DNA of 55,364 nt, filler included, from Dirinaria sp. TL-2023a (Eukaryota), in the NCBI GenBank assembly GCA_051941275.1. It is 2 parts of 2 records of this genome, joined end to end, with 100 filler letters (N's around TTAATTAATTAA, not from the genome) between each part and the next. Parts side by side here need not be neighbours in the genome. Positions count along the whole stretch, not along the records: positions 1 to 27,707 come from JAVEBF010000137.1; 1 more part is not named here. The stretch is one strand, 5' to 3'. Of the stretch, positions 1-12,209 are shown piece after piece. Numbering within the stretch: position 1 is the first letter of the stretch; the number at the start of each line of letters is the position of its first letter. Below the pieces are notes generated by a model, which was not told the origin of the DNA, did not search any database, and worked only from the letters and a program-made list of their open reading frames with translations. Made by a program: the position numbers and the translations under genes.

Positions 1-521
1 CCCTCGTTTGTAGTCCCCTCCCACCTTTCCCCCAAGTCAAGCTGGTATCGCCTTCGTAGCACTATGGTCATTAGGACTTTAACGATTTGGCGAATTGACG
101 ATGGCTCTCCGTTCGTAATCTGATCCATCAGTATCTCTTGAACACCTTTTATCATGAATTGCTGACATGCTTGAAATTAGCCCGGCGGTTTAAGGTGCGA
201 AAGTTCTGAATATCAAAGGTCCATTACATGTAGGTAGTTTTTCGGTTGAAATTCAGTTGCAACCCTTGTCGCGGATGTTATTGAGTTTTATTGAAGCGAG
301 CCAAATAATTTTGTTAAAGCATGTCAGGCACCAAAGCTTGCGGTTCAAGACGAACTATAAACCCATCAAAGCACTCCATGTATTACGTCCTGCTTTATAC
401 CAAAGACCAATCATGAATTATATACGAGACGGGTATCCGCACACTTACCGTGACAGGTATGCAAATGCACCATGGTCCAAAAGCACTCTATACCAGGAGA
501 CCAGGCATTCTTGGCTGCAGA

Positions 522-1892
522 TCAGACAGCAAAGAGAGTGCTCGCAACAGTGAACAGCGCTCCAATGTACCGCGCGCCGAACCATGCAATTATCCACGAG
601 CCCACGTAGTGCAGCACACAGAAAACAAATAGGGACTTCCAGTGCGTACGCAGACTCACATAGCGGCTAGGGCACCTCTTACCCTCAGCCTCAAGCCGAG
701 GCTCGTAAAACCACTCCTCGATGGAAGACAGCCAGGAGGACTCTTTCAAGAAGCTCTCGAACCGCAGCCCTTCATCGTCTTCTTTCTCGAGGATTTTTTT
801 GGATCTGCCGTTGCGTCTCCAGCGATTGATTTTGTTTTTCCATGGCTCCTTTAATAGACCGTTTTCGTCGTACGGCATGAGCCTCGCCCAGTTCCGCAAG
901 GCTTCAACTCGGAGTAGAGCCTCGTTCTTGCCTATTTTGAAAAACTCGCAATGTTTGATAGTACGCCCATCGGAGCGCCTATTTGTGCAACTGACGCACT
1001 CAACGTGGTAGTGCTCATTCCACAGAATATTCTTGATCAGTGTCTCCAGTCTTTTATGAAATGGCACCGCTATGAAACTTTGGCTCTCCTGGTCGACGAG
1101 GTCTAACTCGGAGTTGCATAATGCTGACCATTCCTGTTTGCGTTGATCTGGGCCGTTCGTCGTTCGCCCAATCTTGACGTAGCCTGGATAAGCTGCGTTT
1201 GTGAATATGTATATATAACCGTAGTCGTTGTCCTGCACGCTGCTGGGGTCGAAGGCCTTCTTGGACATGATGTCCCAAACCTTGTTGGCCACAGACATCA
1301 TAGATTTCGAATCTTGGTGTTTCTTTTGGAATCTCGGTGAACCAGAATGTATGTCATCGCTTCCTGAGTCCAGGTCAACTTGGACATCTACTGAGTGACG
1401 GGTAGCCTCCAGAGATGCTCGCTCTGCAAAACCAGTAGCAGGCTGAGCGAATACACCTGCAGCTTCCGCTGGAGATAGGCTTCGCGATGGGGTTGGTGAA
1501 TCCCTTTTGGTATGGCTGTCATTGCCCGTATCAAGCTGTCGCTGTGAATGGTTCGATTGATTTGCAACGGCCGGAAATAGCTTACACCTTGGGCTCGCTT
1601 GGTCTCCCTCACTGTCACTGTTCTCGATGGCGTACGGTCGCTGTGCGAAAGTGCCTTCTGTCCATGAACTGCCAATACTTGTCGACTTCTGCCTGCTTCT
1701 CTTCGAGGGCGTGTAGGCAGAAGAAGCAGACAGCTCGGTGCTTGATCGTTTCCCATTTCCAGATGCTACATGATGATTTTCGAACTCCTTCCTGAGTTGA
1801 TCCTTGGTGCTCTCGGATAGTCGATGAGTATTCGTGGGTTCAGAATGCGATGGTGTGGGATAAGGTCGAGGCTCCTTTATCTCTGGCGTCAT
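522..1892 (-). CDS. T5orf172/MUG113 (GIY-YIG-like nuclease) domain protein with disordered N-terminus and C-terminal hydrophobic helices
   Basis: Intronless 456-aa ORF. Motifs YGYIYIF...GYVKIGRT...R..EW...C, HKRLETLI, CVSC...HCEFFKI match the fungal T5orf172 pattern. The last ~40 aa are hydrophobic (SLFVFCVLHYVGSWIIAWFGARYIGALFTVASTLFAV). Confidence 0.8.
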   Translation of the reverse strand: MTPEIKEPRPYPTPSHSEPTNTHRLSESTKDQLRKEFENHHVASGNGKRSSTELSASSAYTPSKRSRQKSTSIGSSWTEGTFAQRPYAIENSDSEGDQASPRCKLFPAVANQSNHSQRQLDTGNDSHTKRDSPTPSRSLSPAEAAGVFAQPATGFAERASLEATRHSVDVQVDLDSGSDDIHSGSPRFQKKHQDSKSMMSVANKVWDIMSKKAFDPSSVQDNDYGYIYIFTNAAYPGYVKIGRTTNGPDQRKQEWSALCNSELDLVDQESQSFIAVPFHKRLETLIKNILWNEHYHVECVSCTNRRSDGRTIKHCEFFKIGKNEALLRVEALRNWARLMPYDENGLLKEPWKNKINRWRRNGRSKKILEKEDDEGLRFESFLKESSWLSSIEEWFYEPRLEAEGKRCPSRYVSLRTHWKSLFVFCVLHYVGSWIIAWFGARYIGALFTVASTLFAV

Positions 1893-4087
1893 GTTCTTGA
1901 TCTCTGATGGAGCTGACGAAGCTACAAAGGCAAAGCGTGGATTGTAAATAACGCTCTGCAGGTGTACTGGAAATCAACAACGTTAATTCGCAGGTTCTAG
2001 CGCTAGATATGACTGAGTAAAGACAGGAGAACGATGAGAGAGAGAACAAATTAGGAGCAGACAATAGCAATTGATTACGAGTATGTGGACTGCAATCTGG
2101 TGGAGTCGAAGCTTTATAAAGGAGTAGCAAAGGCAGCCTTACCATTGGTACCGCACAGCCCCCAAAAGGTTAGGCAGATAACCTCGACGAACGTAATGCT
2201 CGGAATTATGATGGTGGGATCGAACTACGTTCTGAAAGATCACCATTGTAGCCGACGCATAGCGAGCTTTGGCTTTACACCAGAGCGGAAATTGGAGGTG
2301 CCACGTCAGACAGATACAGTATTACGCAGATAACGTGCGTTTGTGCGATCGTAGCTCTTTAAGGATTGCAGCAAGGTGTATGATGCAGTTCCCATTGCAT
2401 GATTTTTTGACGACGGCCCGCTCATTTGGATGACGGACCTGCCGAATATGGTATGAAAGGCCCGCGATGCAGTTAGCCCGGGATCTTATGGGCTATTCAA
2501 TCCCGTAAGGAACGATCAGTTCCACAAGAAGAGCATTTCCCGCGCCTGATTGACCCGCAATTAATCAGCAGAAGATATCCCAAGAATCCGCAGTTGAGAA
2601 CCAAGAAGATTGGAAGATCGTTCACGGTCAACTCTGTTCGTGCAATTCTGTTTAGCGAACGGAGAAATCACGCATCTATCATTTGGTCATGATTCGAGCT
2701 ACAATTTCTGCCGGGGTACCAGGCTACCAGCAGCGAGTCTCGGCTCGATGGCGAGAGACTTGTCTCCTATCCTTGCCACACCCACATGAAACGATTGTTT
2801 CGAAGTATCAATTGTTTCAAATGACTGGAGCATAGCCTCATGGCTGCCAATGATAATAATAGAGTGTCTAAAGGGCTGCACAAAGGAGTAAACCTCTCCT
2901 CGGCGACGCTGGTCTTGATCAAGAAATTATTGACCATCTTTGACAAAGGCATCATTTGCTTACCATACAGACACATTCGCAGTCTTAGATACAATCGCAG
3001 CCCACGAACTTGTGCGATTTTGTGATTTTCAAGGCTGATCGAAGGATCTAGAGCAGGGGGCTGAAACGCGCAAGCCTGTACGTACAGTAGAGTGTGGTCA
3101 TACTAGATAGTTGGCAGTCTAGCAGTCTAGCCGCTCGCTTGGGGAAAACGAACCCCAGCTTCCGGCCGCCATTGTGGCTTGACAGTTCGTGGCCGTGTGT
3201 AGGTAGTGGCTACAGTCTCTGAAACATTTATCAACCAGCATCCATGCATCGGTCCGCTCTGCATTCTATATTATTTCGAGGTCCAAATGTCAAGAATGGG
3301 GGTCAATGATGACTCCGGAGTATTCACTAGCGGCTGCCATGGCAGGAGCTTCATCATCTCCGTACGTTGTAGTCTGCTTCGTGACTTAAGGTATTTCAGT
3401 CACCCCAGATAGGCCATCAAATTCAGGCTGTGATTGTACAGCCCGTTGGTAGACTGCGGTTGATGTAAGCTCTTGAGGCGGTCCAGGAGTAAGGTACTTT
3501 TCTGTGGGAGACTGCAGACACGAATCCAAGTTCCGACACAAAGTGAGGGGAAACCATATTCAAGCTTGAAGTACACTTGCTGGTAAGACTGGAAACTTGT
3601 CCAAAGCCAAAGGTTTGTACGGAGTAGATGTCCACATGTTTCTCAATGGGAAAAGCAACTCAGCTCGTGCACGTCACCTTAAAGATAGCAAGTTGAACCG
3701 ATTGCAGATCGATCAGTCATTTTGCAGATGATAGCGTCCCCACTCAATAGGGAGATCCGCACCAAAAGACCTGGCTAACGCGGTCAACGGTCAATGTCGT
3801 TGATGGGACCAACTGGAAGTCGCTGGAGGGACGACCTAACATTATCACCTGAGCGTTTTGACTTGCCACCTCAGGTAGGGTGCAGCTATGCCATCCAAAG
3901 CCTCCATTACCTTATCTGTAGTCACCTGGAAGACCAGTCTTGGCGTACATGAAGCTAGCTAGAACTTATGGTTACTGTATGTGTGATCCTCCCACGCCTC
4001 CTTATTCCTTCAAGATGGCGTAGACGATGGACATTGAAGAGACGAACGGTGGAAAGCGACCGAATGCTCCGCCGCATTCCTTCCTCT

Positions 4088-4495
4088 TCATGCTCGATCC
4101 AGCACACCAACCAGCACACTCCCAACGATGGTCAGAGCCGGCGCATACCCCCAATGGTTCCACTCGCCTCTGCCAATCAGATTCCGGCATATAGCACCAT
4201 CCACAAATGCTACGCCACTGCCTGCGATCAAGATCCAGCCCAAAGTCTTCCTGGTCCCAAAATAAGCGGCGGCATACATCGCTACGCCCATGAATATGTC
4301 TCTTGCGCCGTAGATCACGATCAGGCTGTCGACAAGATCTCGATCCGCGGCGGACGCTGGCGGCTCGAACTCGAATATCTCGAGCGCGTTGCGCGGACGG
4401 ATGATAGCATTGATACCGAAACCAAGGAAGATGCTTGCGAATATAGTGGCGGCGATGTTGAGGTAGGGCGACTGGGAGATTTTGGTAGTGGCCAT
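4088..4495 (-). CDS. DUF4267-family small integral membrane protein
   Basis: 135-aa ATG ORF with about 4 hydrophobic segments and the family-typical YGARDIFMG, VAFVDG and NHWGYAP motifs. Confidence 0.8.
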   Translation of the reverse strand: MATTKISQSPYLNIAATIFASIFLGFGINAIIRPRNALEIFEFEPPASAADRDLVDSLIVIYGARDIFMGVAMYAAAYFGTRKTLGWILIAGSGVAFVDGAICRNLIGRGEWNHWGYAPALTIVGSVLVGVLDRA

Positions 4496-4767
4496 AATGT
4501 CATTCCAAGGTCGAGAATGGGTTGCCGGGTACGGACCGGTCGTTATGAACAGAAGTAGGCAAAAGCCAGCAAAGTCTGAACGAGCTTAATTTTTGAATAG
4601 TATTGATGCAAGTACTCGTTTTCATGTATCAATGGCTTTTACCCTTTATGCGCTCTCCCTCTCGAGACGAGAATCTGGAGTCTGGCTAGAAGCGGGCTTG
4701 GCGTCAAATCTGAAAAGCACCTTGGTGTAGCAGTCAGGGTCTACTAGGGGTCCTGGTACTGCCAAGG

Positions 4768-4793
4768 AAGCTAGTAAAGCTAGTAAAGCTAGT
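4768..4793. repeat. 9-bp tandem repeat (AAGCTAGTA) x ~3
   Basis: aagctagtaaagctagtaaagctagt read directly. Confidence 0.8.
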
Positions 4794-5550
4794 CACGCTT
4801 AGGGGGTCAGGGTCTAGTGTGCTATGGCCCTTAATGTCGCGTATATAGATTGGGTCAAAGCCCACCCATTTTGAATAGAAAGCAGTTGGGAATCTACATT
4901 AGTAATCAATCAGTTCTCACTCCTGCTATTATCGATGAGACCTCGAACTAGAACGTTGCCCTTCCTTCTTGCTCCTGTTACAGTCGCTCTCGAATACTAC
5001 GTAAGATGCTTTGACTATTTGGAGCGAGACTGGCCGGAACAGAGAATCACTTTTTCTTCGCGGGCGAGTAATTCCAATATCAGGTAACAAAGGAATTATT
5101 TGCAGTTCACACAGTCAAGTTTTCTAGCACTGATGTGGAAATGTCCGAGAGCGCCTTGTTAAGTAGGCTAGGCTGTCAAAAACAAGGATTGAAATGACTA
5201 ATTTGAGAAAAACACTTGGCTGCGAGAAGAGCCCTGCTCCTCGGCATCTGTCACAGTTAATAGTCACCTGTCGTGGCTTTAAGCTGGAGGTCTAAGATCC
5301 GAATTCAGTAATGCTCCATAAGGGGGTGAAAAGGTCCAAAAAAAGGACCTTTCTTGTCACGGAGACAGATGCCTTAATTTGTGTGCGGTGTCCTATGAGC
5401 GTTCCATCATCCACTTTCTCTCAATTTGATATTGTGGGTGCAAAGACCACTTTGTGGTCACCATCCACAAATAAAGAAAGAAGAAAAAAACAAAAATAAG
5501 GAATCTCTGGTATTGCCGCCCATGCGGGCCGAAACCAGCCGATATCGTAC

Positions 5551-7376
5551 TCACTTCACCAGCATTCTCATACCCCTTGAGCCAATTCGTGGAAAGGGCG
5601 TAAAAAAGTCGTGATACGTCTCTACATCCTCGATGGTTGTTTCAAATGGTTCCCACTGGAAGCGACCCGGTGCGAAAACAGCGGCTAGTGTCAGATACAA
5701 CTCGCAGTATGCAAGACTAGAATATGTCAGAGCAGATCCGACGACCACAGCCCTTGGTGAAGACAGGATGAAACGAAACTCACTTGAGGCCCAAACACTG
5801 CCTTGAGCCTCGACTGAACGGTGTGAGATAGTTCCGGAGGCGGTTAGAGTCGGATTGAAGCCATCTGTCGGGATTGAAAGCGCGAGGGTTGGGGAAGTGC
5901 TCCTCATTATTGTGCATCAGCACCGTACTCATGCCCACCGGGGTTCCGGGAGGGATGATCCACTTATCGTATTGCAGTGGAACGTCGGGGGATATCCTCT
6001 GAAGTCGATGTGTTACGCCATAAGACCATCGCAGGCCTTCCGTAATGACTGCAGTCAGGTATGGTAGTCTCTCCAGTTGCATCCATGTCACCTGCGCTTC
6101 TGGCTGGGCATAGACGGTTTCTAGCTCTTTCTGCAAGCGATCAAGAATTGATCTATTACTAGCAACATGAAAGGTAGTTGTGGAGAGCGTGTGTGCAGTG
6201 GTATTAGACCCAGCAGTGATGACTGATATTCCCTCTTGCTCAAGCCGGTCAATAGACTTGTCGGCCGTAGAAAGGTTTTCGTTAGTGAGGACTTCCGAGA
6301 AAACTGTTTTCTCCTCGACTTTTCCATTTGCTAATCCCTCTTGCACTTCCATGATTTTCTCACGGACAAGCTTCCAGGGTCAGCCCTGAATCTTTCGTGG
6401 GCATGGAATAGACCTGCCTTTGTTAAGTTCAGCATGCCTACGAGCCTCGGATTCATTGCTTCGACAACCGCAACAGGAAGCTTGCGGGTCAAAGGCTCCA
6501 TCCACGGGAATTGCTTGAACAAGTGCGATGCCTCCAAGAGGTCCAGCATACACTTGTTCCACCATGGCGAGAAATCAGGTGTGTCTAAAAAATTGTAGGA
6601 CGAGGCGAAAGCATATTGCCCTATGATCTACGGCACAGTCAGTCATTCGTCTGATAATCAGGCAAATTTCCCACATCATTGGTCAGAGCACTGTACGCAT
6701 CGATCAAGTTAATGGGGGTGCAAGAGCCTTGTAAACTTTTAAGACGTGAGACAAATTTGGCAATAACCGCTTGCACGGTAGGCTGGAGCTGTGTAACCGA
6801 TGCTTTGGAGAAGGACGGTGCTAATGCTCCTCTTCGTATCCGGTGAAGCTCATGGCTTCCAGTCGAGAAGCTTGCGACGGTGGGGCCAAAGGAGCTCGTG
6901 AACCATTCGTACTTCATGGTTCGTCGCGAAGAGCCAACGTACACCTCATCGTAGTAGCTAGGAAGGATGAGCGATAACGTAGGATAGCCGAAGAGAAGAT
7001 TCTACTCAGGGTCATCGATATGTATCTCATAAGGGCTATTCGGATCCATTCAGCATAATCTCTAAGCTTTTTCATAGTAGAGGCTCACTTGATTCGTATA
7101 ATTGGACCTAAGAAGATTAAGCAGAAGGTTAAGCACTTTCTAAAGATGCGGCTTTCGATGCGCACCGTATTCCTTGTGCAGATCTTTGATTTTCCATGTG
7201 TATCGGCCTCTCTTGACCACATCGTAATAGAACTCATACCACAGCGTCAAAGCCGCCAATTTGGGCCCGGGAAATTTCGCCAAAGGGCTGAAGTAAAGAC
7301 GATAAAGGGCCAAACAGACCAGATATGCCACCCAAAGAACAGATAAGGGGGCGATGAAGTGCGCAAATGAAACCAT
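5551..7376 (-). CDS. Cytochrome P450, CYP58/trichodiene-oxygenase-like, 7 exons, apparently intact
   Basis: Spliced reading gives TM anchor, [47 protein letters not shown]-helix AGSNTTA, EGLR (ExxR), FNPDRW (PERF) and heme motif [10 protein letters not shown]. All introns are GT-AG except a predicted GC-AG intron at 6371-6417. Confidence 0.92.
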
Positions 7377-7651
7377 GTTGACAATGTAACTCGAAGTTAC
7401 CGAAATCCTGGGTTAGGAAGAGGAGGTGGTAATCCCACAATGACGGGAGCATTCTCCTCACGCAAATGATCGTTAGTATAGATTTAGTCTCCCAATAAGG
7501 CGCATTAGTCTATCACACGCTATGGTAGCGCCATGCAGCTACCCTAGCCAGTCACGACAAGACGAAATATTCAGGAAACGGTAAAAAGCTTGAAATAGCG
7601 TCAGCTCAGTCCGCTGGTGACCTATTTCATGAGAAGTTTGATAGCCTTCCT

Positions 7652-9330
7652 CTAACGTCAAAACGTTTGAGTGCCACATATCTTAAGGGCGGGTAAGTGA
7701 CGCAAGTAGAAGCAATAGACATCCTCGGTCGAATATCACATCCGTAATCTCCAATCTTTGCTGCCACTGGACCGTAGCACCACGTTTGATCCGAACCTAC
7801 GATGGCTCCAGCTAAACTAATGAGCCATCAAAGCACTGCAGCAACTCTGACCGGCAGCGTTTGCCTTATCTTCCTAAGCTATTCAGTCAGAGTGGAGGCC
7901 GCGGAGCTCATGAAACAAGAAATATTGGTCTGGCACAATGGTCAAGGAAGAAAAAACCCAATAAGTCACAAACGGTAGCAAATTTCCGGAAACATTGAAC
8001 CGATTATTGCGGCCAGCGACCGAGCAGACAAGCTCAATAAGTATGAGAAGAGTGCACAAGACCCACCGTGGGATCACTTTGGCCCAGTGACACATAATTC
8101 ACAACTCAAGGCTGAAGAGTAAAGTGCCGGTGCGCTATTGACAAAATTTCACAACGGCAAGACGATGCAGCAGAAATCTTCCCAGTCTTTGAGCTCCCCA
8201 TGGCAGGCAAACGGCAGCACTCCGGACTATTTCGAGTATGCTATGGCCCAGACGGTTGTCGAAGGGACACTTGTGGCAATGGTCACGCTCGTCAAATTGA
8301 CACCTCTCACCGAAAGCCATAAGCCCAACCAAGTCATGAAAAACGTGAGGACCTTGCTCGTAGCAGCGGCATAGTAGACGTAGAATTGGCGCTGGTTGCG
8401 AAATAGCCAATGACAATGGAAAATCTGAGAGCGAAAGAGCAGCGGTTTGCTAATAAGGCGCCTAAAGAACCTGAAGATGCTAGCGAGGTATCGACCATGT
8501 GGGCGGAGCAGGCAAGGAGGGAGATGACCGTTACTACTTAGGGGATCTAGGTATACCTTCCTTCCCTTTGGTCATATAGTCGTTATCGCTAACCTTCTAG
8601 ATAGGAAAAGGCGCCTCTCGCAGGTATAGAGTATGACTACACCGAAGGCAGCTACAAAACCAATACAAAGAGCACGAACCACATACCTAACGGCTGTACT
8701 CAAACCACCACCATTGACCGCGAAAACATTTGACCCAGCAATTAGGCAGGAAATAATCGTTCCTAACCAAGTTAAACGATTGCGTTGAGAAGATAGGCGA
8801 TCTGAGATATCTAATAACAAAAATAGAGTCCACTAAGAGTCTGTCAAATGCTAAAGCCGTTAACTTAGCTTACTCGTTACTATAGACAGTGAAATCTCGG
8901 GAATTGCGACAGACGCTCACCTACCATTGTTCGATTTCCGCTTTGCGGCCCATAGATGGAGGTGTCAAGAGCGCCACATTAAGACAGCAAATTAGTGAAA
9001 ATACCACAACAAGCTGACGTCCAGCCGAGATTGGATTCTAGCGGCCCCAAGAGTCCATCAAACTAGTGTACTTGCCACAAGGTTCGTCCTAAATCACAGC
9101 ATGAACATCTGCAGGTAGATAGCCCTTACAGCCCAGGCTGTGCTTATGTTGTGGAAGCACACGCTTGATGCGGCGACTTTCAAGCTCTGCTAGGCCTTCT
9201 ATTCTAGCATTCCATCGCGAGAGCCTCGTCTTGAATTGGGTTTCTGCTAGGCGAGAAAGGCCTGGGAAGCTGTCTGAAACGCTGCTACGAGCGCGCAAGA
9301 GCGATTGGTTCTCCCAGCCCGCATCCCGTT
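7652..9330 (-). pseudogene. Degraded purine-cytosine permease (Fcy2/Tpn1-like, NCS1 family) pseudogene
   Basis: Collinear fragments in shifting frames: WNARIEGLAELESRRIKRVLP; LQMFML*F; GLLGPL; SCLIAGSNVFAVNGGGLSTAV; ANRCSF; FYVYYAA; NSAPALYSSAL; KVIPRWVLC; AGRNN; TYWVF; D*IA*EDK; GPVAAKIGDYG; YPPLRYVALKRF. Stops at ~9094, ~8227, 7883 and 7874, plus several frameshifts. The 5' boundary is approximate. Confidence 0.85.
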
Positions 9331-10560
9331 GCAGGATCCGCCTCCAAGGTTCGATGATAATCAGGTTGATATAGTAGACTTATTTTTCAAAGGGATCGTA
9401 GTGCTTACGATCTCTCCTCGCATGATTGATGTGTGTGATAATTGGAAAAGTCACAAAGTATATAAGAGATCCCTGGCCCGGGTGCATGTCATGTAGGAGG
9501 TTGGAAGATGCTATGAAGGAGATTAAGAAAGGTCACGCGGTGAAGCGCACTACCGGCATCTCACCGTTCCTAACATCATAATTGGGGAAATAATCGGACT
9601 AGAGTACAGCAGGGGCCTAGTAATAAACAATATTTTCCTGCAGATAGAGTATGCTGTGTCTTTAATAGTCCAATAATCGATGTATAAATGCGGAGGTCTC
9701 GCGTGGAGGTTGGAGATGTGTAAGCTTCGTGCAGCGCACCTAGTCTCCATAAGGCAGGACTGGTGGAAAATCTCGTTGCCCGAGAGCACCCTTTTTCGTT
9801 TTGCTTTCCATCTTTTCTGGCAATAGTATTACCGTCACCTTTGCCTCAACCGACTCTTTGCTGTACAGTTGCATTGTTAGTCTTTCGCCTCGCGTTCAAG
9901 AGATTTCCACGTCCCGACATTTTCGTTAGTATTTAAATGGATTATACTGATCCTCAACAACGTAGGGGATAATACTGGCTCTGGTCTAGTCTGGACTTTC
10001 CGTGAAAAGTCTAGCAACGGTAGAATGGTAGGCGGAGAAACTGGTGACGGACTTCGATTGTCGCTTCTCTTCATCCCTAGTACTACAACTAGGTGTCCTT
10101 ATTTAAGCCTGTTTTCTGAACTGTGCGCACTTCCACAACTCAGAATGGCCCAATAGCTGGTCAAAGTGGACGTCTATGATGACTTCTCCCATCAGTGTGC
10201 CCTGGCAGTCTTCTCATGTGTTCTTCTAGGAGCCGCTGTATGTACTCGAGGTTTTCTTGCTCTTTCTTTCTTGGACAGACAGTATTATGCCACACTCTCA
10301 GTTCAACAACATCAGCGCGAGAATTTGATGAAGTGATCATCCGATTAATTAAATGGATACAGCAGCCAGGCGTTCTCCAAAGTAATGAACCCTAAGGTAC
10401 CTTACTTGAGGTAATAGGACACGCTAATCACCGCTTTGGGCAACACTGGAACGCGGTCTCGGACGCGCTGTCGTGCGCCCAAGCGCCTGCGCACGATCCC
10501 GACATTTGTATGGTGGCTGAAACATGAATTTCTTCTTCGAGAAGTATTCCCTCAGACTCT

Positions 10561-11733
10561 ATGGCAAATATGAACCATCAACTGAACATCGATGGGTCAT
10601 TTCAGACTCTACCAGAGGCATACCAATGCCTTGAGATAAACAACGCTAACATTGCGGATGGAGATGTTGTTGCAGCTTTTTATGCAGCATATGAGAAGGA
10701 TGAAGTCGGTACTTCTGTGCGGCGTCGTTGGTCGATCAAGGCTCTCGAGACTATTGCTCATAGCCGTCAATCTCAGCTTCTCGCCTTCATCCTAACTGTA
10801 GTCCCGCATGTCACCCAGCATAATGTGTCCTTGCTAGCTACACCTCCCGAGTCCCCACCGGCTAGGCTGATTTCAACTGAGGTAATCGAACTAGAATCGG
10901 ATAACGAGCGCACCGTGACTCCTGCCAGCGGCTTGGACTGTAGCATGGCTACACCTGATTCGGATGATATCTCTTTGCCCTCAGAGGAAAGCCCATCAAG
11001 TGTCGGTTCAGTATCTACTTCAGCAGGTTCAACAGAGTCGGACTTCGACGACCACATTGGTGGTAAATTCTGGGATGGAGCAAGTTGGCGCTGCGAGGAA
11101 TGTAATGACGAGCTTGTCCAAGGAAAATGTCCCAACGGCGATATCATCGATCCATGCAGGCTGTGTGGGCGAGCTTTCGAAGGTGCTTGCCCTGCACTTT
11201 GCGACAATTGCCATAAAGAGCTTGACGCTCCGTGCTTAGAGTGCACTAACATTGACGCCACCGGTGATGAAGATTCGTCAGAAGACTGTGGTATGATCTG
11301 GGATGAGCTCGACGATGTTTGGAGGTGTAAGGATTGTCTTTGGGAGGTCGAAGCCAATGGGAAAGACGAGGGTCAATGCCATTGCCGCGTGGACTCGGAG
11401 GTATTTGATCTGTGTCTATTTCGTTGGAAGTGAACTGACGAAAAACAGGCCCCGGGTGCACAATGGTTCGCCTATCCCATTGATCTATCCCTCTACGATC
11501 ACTATGAACCGGCGGACTCAGACAGCTCGGGGTCGGACTCTACTGATTCTGAACTCAACAGTGAGGATGAAGCGTTTATCGAGGATGATGGACCTTTTCG
11601 ACCTGAAATGCTGAGCTGCCCTGGCCCGGTTTTTCTGCCAGACGAGTCACAACGTACGGAAAGGTCAACGACAATAGAAAAAGACGACCTATCCGCAGCA
11701 GATTCCGAGCACCAATACATGGACATAGAGTGA
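10561..11733 (+). CDS. Orphan acidic, Cys-rich protein with probable zinc-binding motifs; 2 exons (10561-11400, 11449-11733)
   Basis: ATG ORF, GT donor at 11401, ctgac branch point and cag acceptor. Exon 2 is open (APGAQWFAYPIDLSLY...SEDEAFIEDDG) to TGA at 11731-11733. Several CxxC motifs. Confidence 0.7.
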
Positions 11734-12209
11734 GTTTTTAACAAATCTGTAAAGCCAATTACAGACTATCAATACATTTGTTACTTTGTAATGATAGCCT
11801 GTGTGTAAAACTGAGCTCTTGAATTAACAAGATCGGCTCGGAACTGCTTGCATCTCATCTCAGCCTCTATATTGACCTGTTTCCTTGCGTGACCTCGGCA
11901 TGTTGTGAACGTATAGTGTGCATTTGTATCTTTCCCTTCAAGTCTAATTGAAAGCGTTCGACACTATACTCCTGCAAAATTCACCATTGGGTACCGGGCT
12001 CGCCGTCACGCTCCCAGATCTACATGCCACCTTCTATCCCACCTATTGAAATAGTGTCAATGACAGCATCCAAAAGCAAATCCTGCGATAAACGATAGTA
12101 AAAACATATTCAGCCATGTAGCCAGCAACCCATCCTATCCTCCGCAAAACCAAATATCAGACCCACCACCGCTACACCTACACCTCCACCTCCATCTAGT
12201 CTCCTCCAC

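Noticed and set aside
2400..3900. Short ORFs between the T5orf172 and DUF4267 genes
   Set aside because: I could not assemble a coherent gene or pseudogene in any frame.
3968..4558. 196-aa + strand ORF
   Set aside because: Antisense shadow of the DUF4267 gene, with no recognisable motifs.
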